64,000 nucleotides of DNA from Candidatus Micrarchaeota archaeon (lineage in GTDB: Archaea; Micrarchaeota; Micrarchaeia; Anstonellales; Bilamarchaeaceae). Below the pieces are notes generated by a model. The model had not been told where the DNA came from. It did no database searches and saw only the letters and a program-made list of their open reading frames with translations. The DNA lies in the NCBI GenBank assembly GCA_964647855.1, contig CAZYJW010000002.1:4720-68719 (forward strand). The letters run 5' to 3'. Both the position numbers and the translations under genes were made by a program. Positions 62,602 to 64,000 of the stretch are shown here, one piece after another; position 1 is the first letter of the stretch, and the number at the start of each line of letters is the position of its first letter.

Positions 62602-63950
62602 TGTCTCTCCTCCGCAGCCGCTATTGCACGGAAGCATCCGGAGAGGACGGGGTTTCGCTCCCATTGCGTGAAATCGATTCCTGAGGCAGCCATCCTGCCC
62701 ATCAGGAACGAAAGCGCCTCTGCCCCGCGCCGCATCGACGCAATACGGTCGAAAGCCCCCTCGCCCAGGCTGGAATCAAGCCTCCGGCGGACCTCGGTGA
62801 AATCACCGGTGAGGTACGCCGTGCGAAGCGTTTCCTCTCCGGCTATCTGCTGGATGTAGAAGCCGGTAGCTGTCTCGTACCGATAAGAAACGTATGTGGG
62901 CTCATGGCCATGCGTCCGGGCAAGCTGCTGCGCATGGAGCTCGGTGAGCCCTTCGTGGAGCCATTGGATGTAACCGCAGAACGCGGGGTTCCCATCATCG
63001 CCCCTCCAGCGGATTTCGTGGCCGCCGCCGAGCCAAGATGCGTAATGGAGCTGTTCGTGGGCGTTTCTGACGTATCTGTTGGCCCCGTGCGGGTCCGATA
63101 GCTCGGCCGGGCCGGGCTCGTCGCTTATCACGGTGATGTGGTTCGTGCCATTATAGTATGTGCCGGATATCCCGTACCCGTATCCCAGTGCATCCGCCTC
63201 CCCCCGGGCTTCGCTCGCTCCGCCCATGGCATCGAAAAAGTCACCCGACTCCCCAGTGGTGACCGGAGGCGAGCGCCGGAACCGCGCGTAAATGGTGCTG
63301 CCGAGATAGTCTTCGGAAAGCCATTCGGTAGAGACCTCCCGGCTGATTTCTTCGTTCGTAGATACGACCGCATCATGGATGGCATCGCGTATCATGAAGA
63401 CCGGGGATGCAAAGAACCGGAAAATGCCTGCAAAGAAATCGCCGATTGCGCTGAAAACCGCGGTTATGCCGTCCCACAGCCCCTCCCAGAAGCCCCGCTC
63501 TTCGGCCGGCCGGGGCGGGCTTTGCCTCTGCGGGGGGGCGGTTTGCCGCGCCTCATGGAGAAGCTCGGCGGAATGCCCGCGGGCTTCTGCTTCTGAGCGG
63601 TAGAAGCGGGCTGGGGCATCATGGCCGCGCTCGGCATCGCGGAAGGCGTCTGCCGTTGAACGGCGCACCATGGAAGCGAACATTCGCATGATGGAATCGC
63701 GGCCTTCGGGCAGTACCTGCGCCGTCTGGCGCTCGGCCTGCTCCAAAATGCGCCTTGCGGCATCCCCCTGCGCCCCGATAATGCGCATGGATTCCATTGC
63801 AAGCGAGATTCTTTGCTCCAGAGAGCGCGCCTCGGCATCGGTCCTTCGTGGAATCGTTCCGCTCACGCGTTCCCGCTGCTGCTCCAGCACCTGCCCCGTG
63901 GCATGTTCGGCTTCCTCAACATGGCGCTCGAGCGCCCGCGTTCCAGACAT
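62598..63950 (-). CDS. uncharacterised zincin-like protein (HExxH ... HEGLTE), family member 3 of 3
   Basis: HEQLHYASWLGGG, then WLHEGLTELHAQ. Has an extra hydrophobic/aromatic segment, GFWEGLWDGITAVFSAIGDFFAGIFRFFASPVF. Confidence 0.75.
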   Translation of the reverse strand: MSGTRALERHVEEAEHATGQVLEQQRERVSGTIPRRTDAEARSLEQRISLAMESMRIIGAQGDAARRILEQAERQTAQVLPEGRDSIMRMFASMVRRSTADAFRDAERGHDAPARFYRSEAEARGHSAELLHEARQTAPPQRQSPPRPAEERGFWEGLWDGITAVFSAIGDFFAGIFRFFASPVFMIRDAIHDAVVSTNEEISREVSTEWLSEDYLGSTIYARFRRSPPVTTGESGDFFDAMGGASEARGEADALGYGYGISGTYYNGTNHITVISDEPGPAELSDPHGANRYVRNAHEQLHYASWLGGGHEIRWRGDDGNPAFCGYIQWLHEGLTELHAQQLARTHGHEPTYVSYRYETATGFYIQQIAGEETLRTAYLTGDFTEVRRRLDSSLGEGAFDRIASMRRGAEALSFLMGRMAASGIDFTQWERNPVLSGCFRAIAAAEERQ

Positions 63951-64000
63951 TTTCCCGCCCTTATTTTACCTTCCCGCCTTTAAGCCGGTCGCAGATCTCC

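Overview
High-GC archaeal chromosomal segment. Archaeal markers include aRF1, ABCE1, Taw1, RNase P Rpp21, uL11, type-2 IPP isomerase, GGPP synthase, DUF63/DUF211 proteins, TATA-box promoters and intron-containing tRNAs. Gene content (a 2-oxoacid dehydrogenase complex with lipA and a split LplA/LplB ligase, an MVD-family enzyme) and multi-intron tRNAs would fit a Thermoplasmata-like or Micrarchaeota/DPANN-like lineage, but that is inference only. Most of the window is tightly packed housekeeping genes, and many stop/start overlaps suggest operons. Six things stand out. (1) An AT-rich ~2.9 kb insertion lies between 54-nt direct repeats that duplicate the promoter and first 16 nt of a tRNA; it carries two HNH nucleases and a lipoprotein. 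(2) Two tRNAs are heavily interrupted: one has an ~85-nt intron, and tRNA-Lys has two introns, one in the D-loop. Next to them sit an unexplained tRNA-like 3' module and a 59-bp tandem repeat. (3) A three-member family of uncharacterised HExxH...EGxTE zincin-like proteins is present, two of them in tandem at the head of a five-gene minus-strand cluster. (4) There is a tandem pair of divergent RelA/SpoT-like (pseudo-HD + synthetase) proteins. (5) A fused pseudo-dimeric beta-carbonic-anhydrase-like protein sits beside a canonical beta-CA. (6) Several orphan surface or secreted proteins occur: a class III signal-peptide pilin-like protein, a sequon-rich 713-aa membrane protein translationally coupled to GGPP synthase, and an HEFGH metalloprotease. 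No rRNA genes or CRISPR arrays were seen. All family calls come from motif reading by eye; no database search was run.
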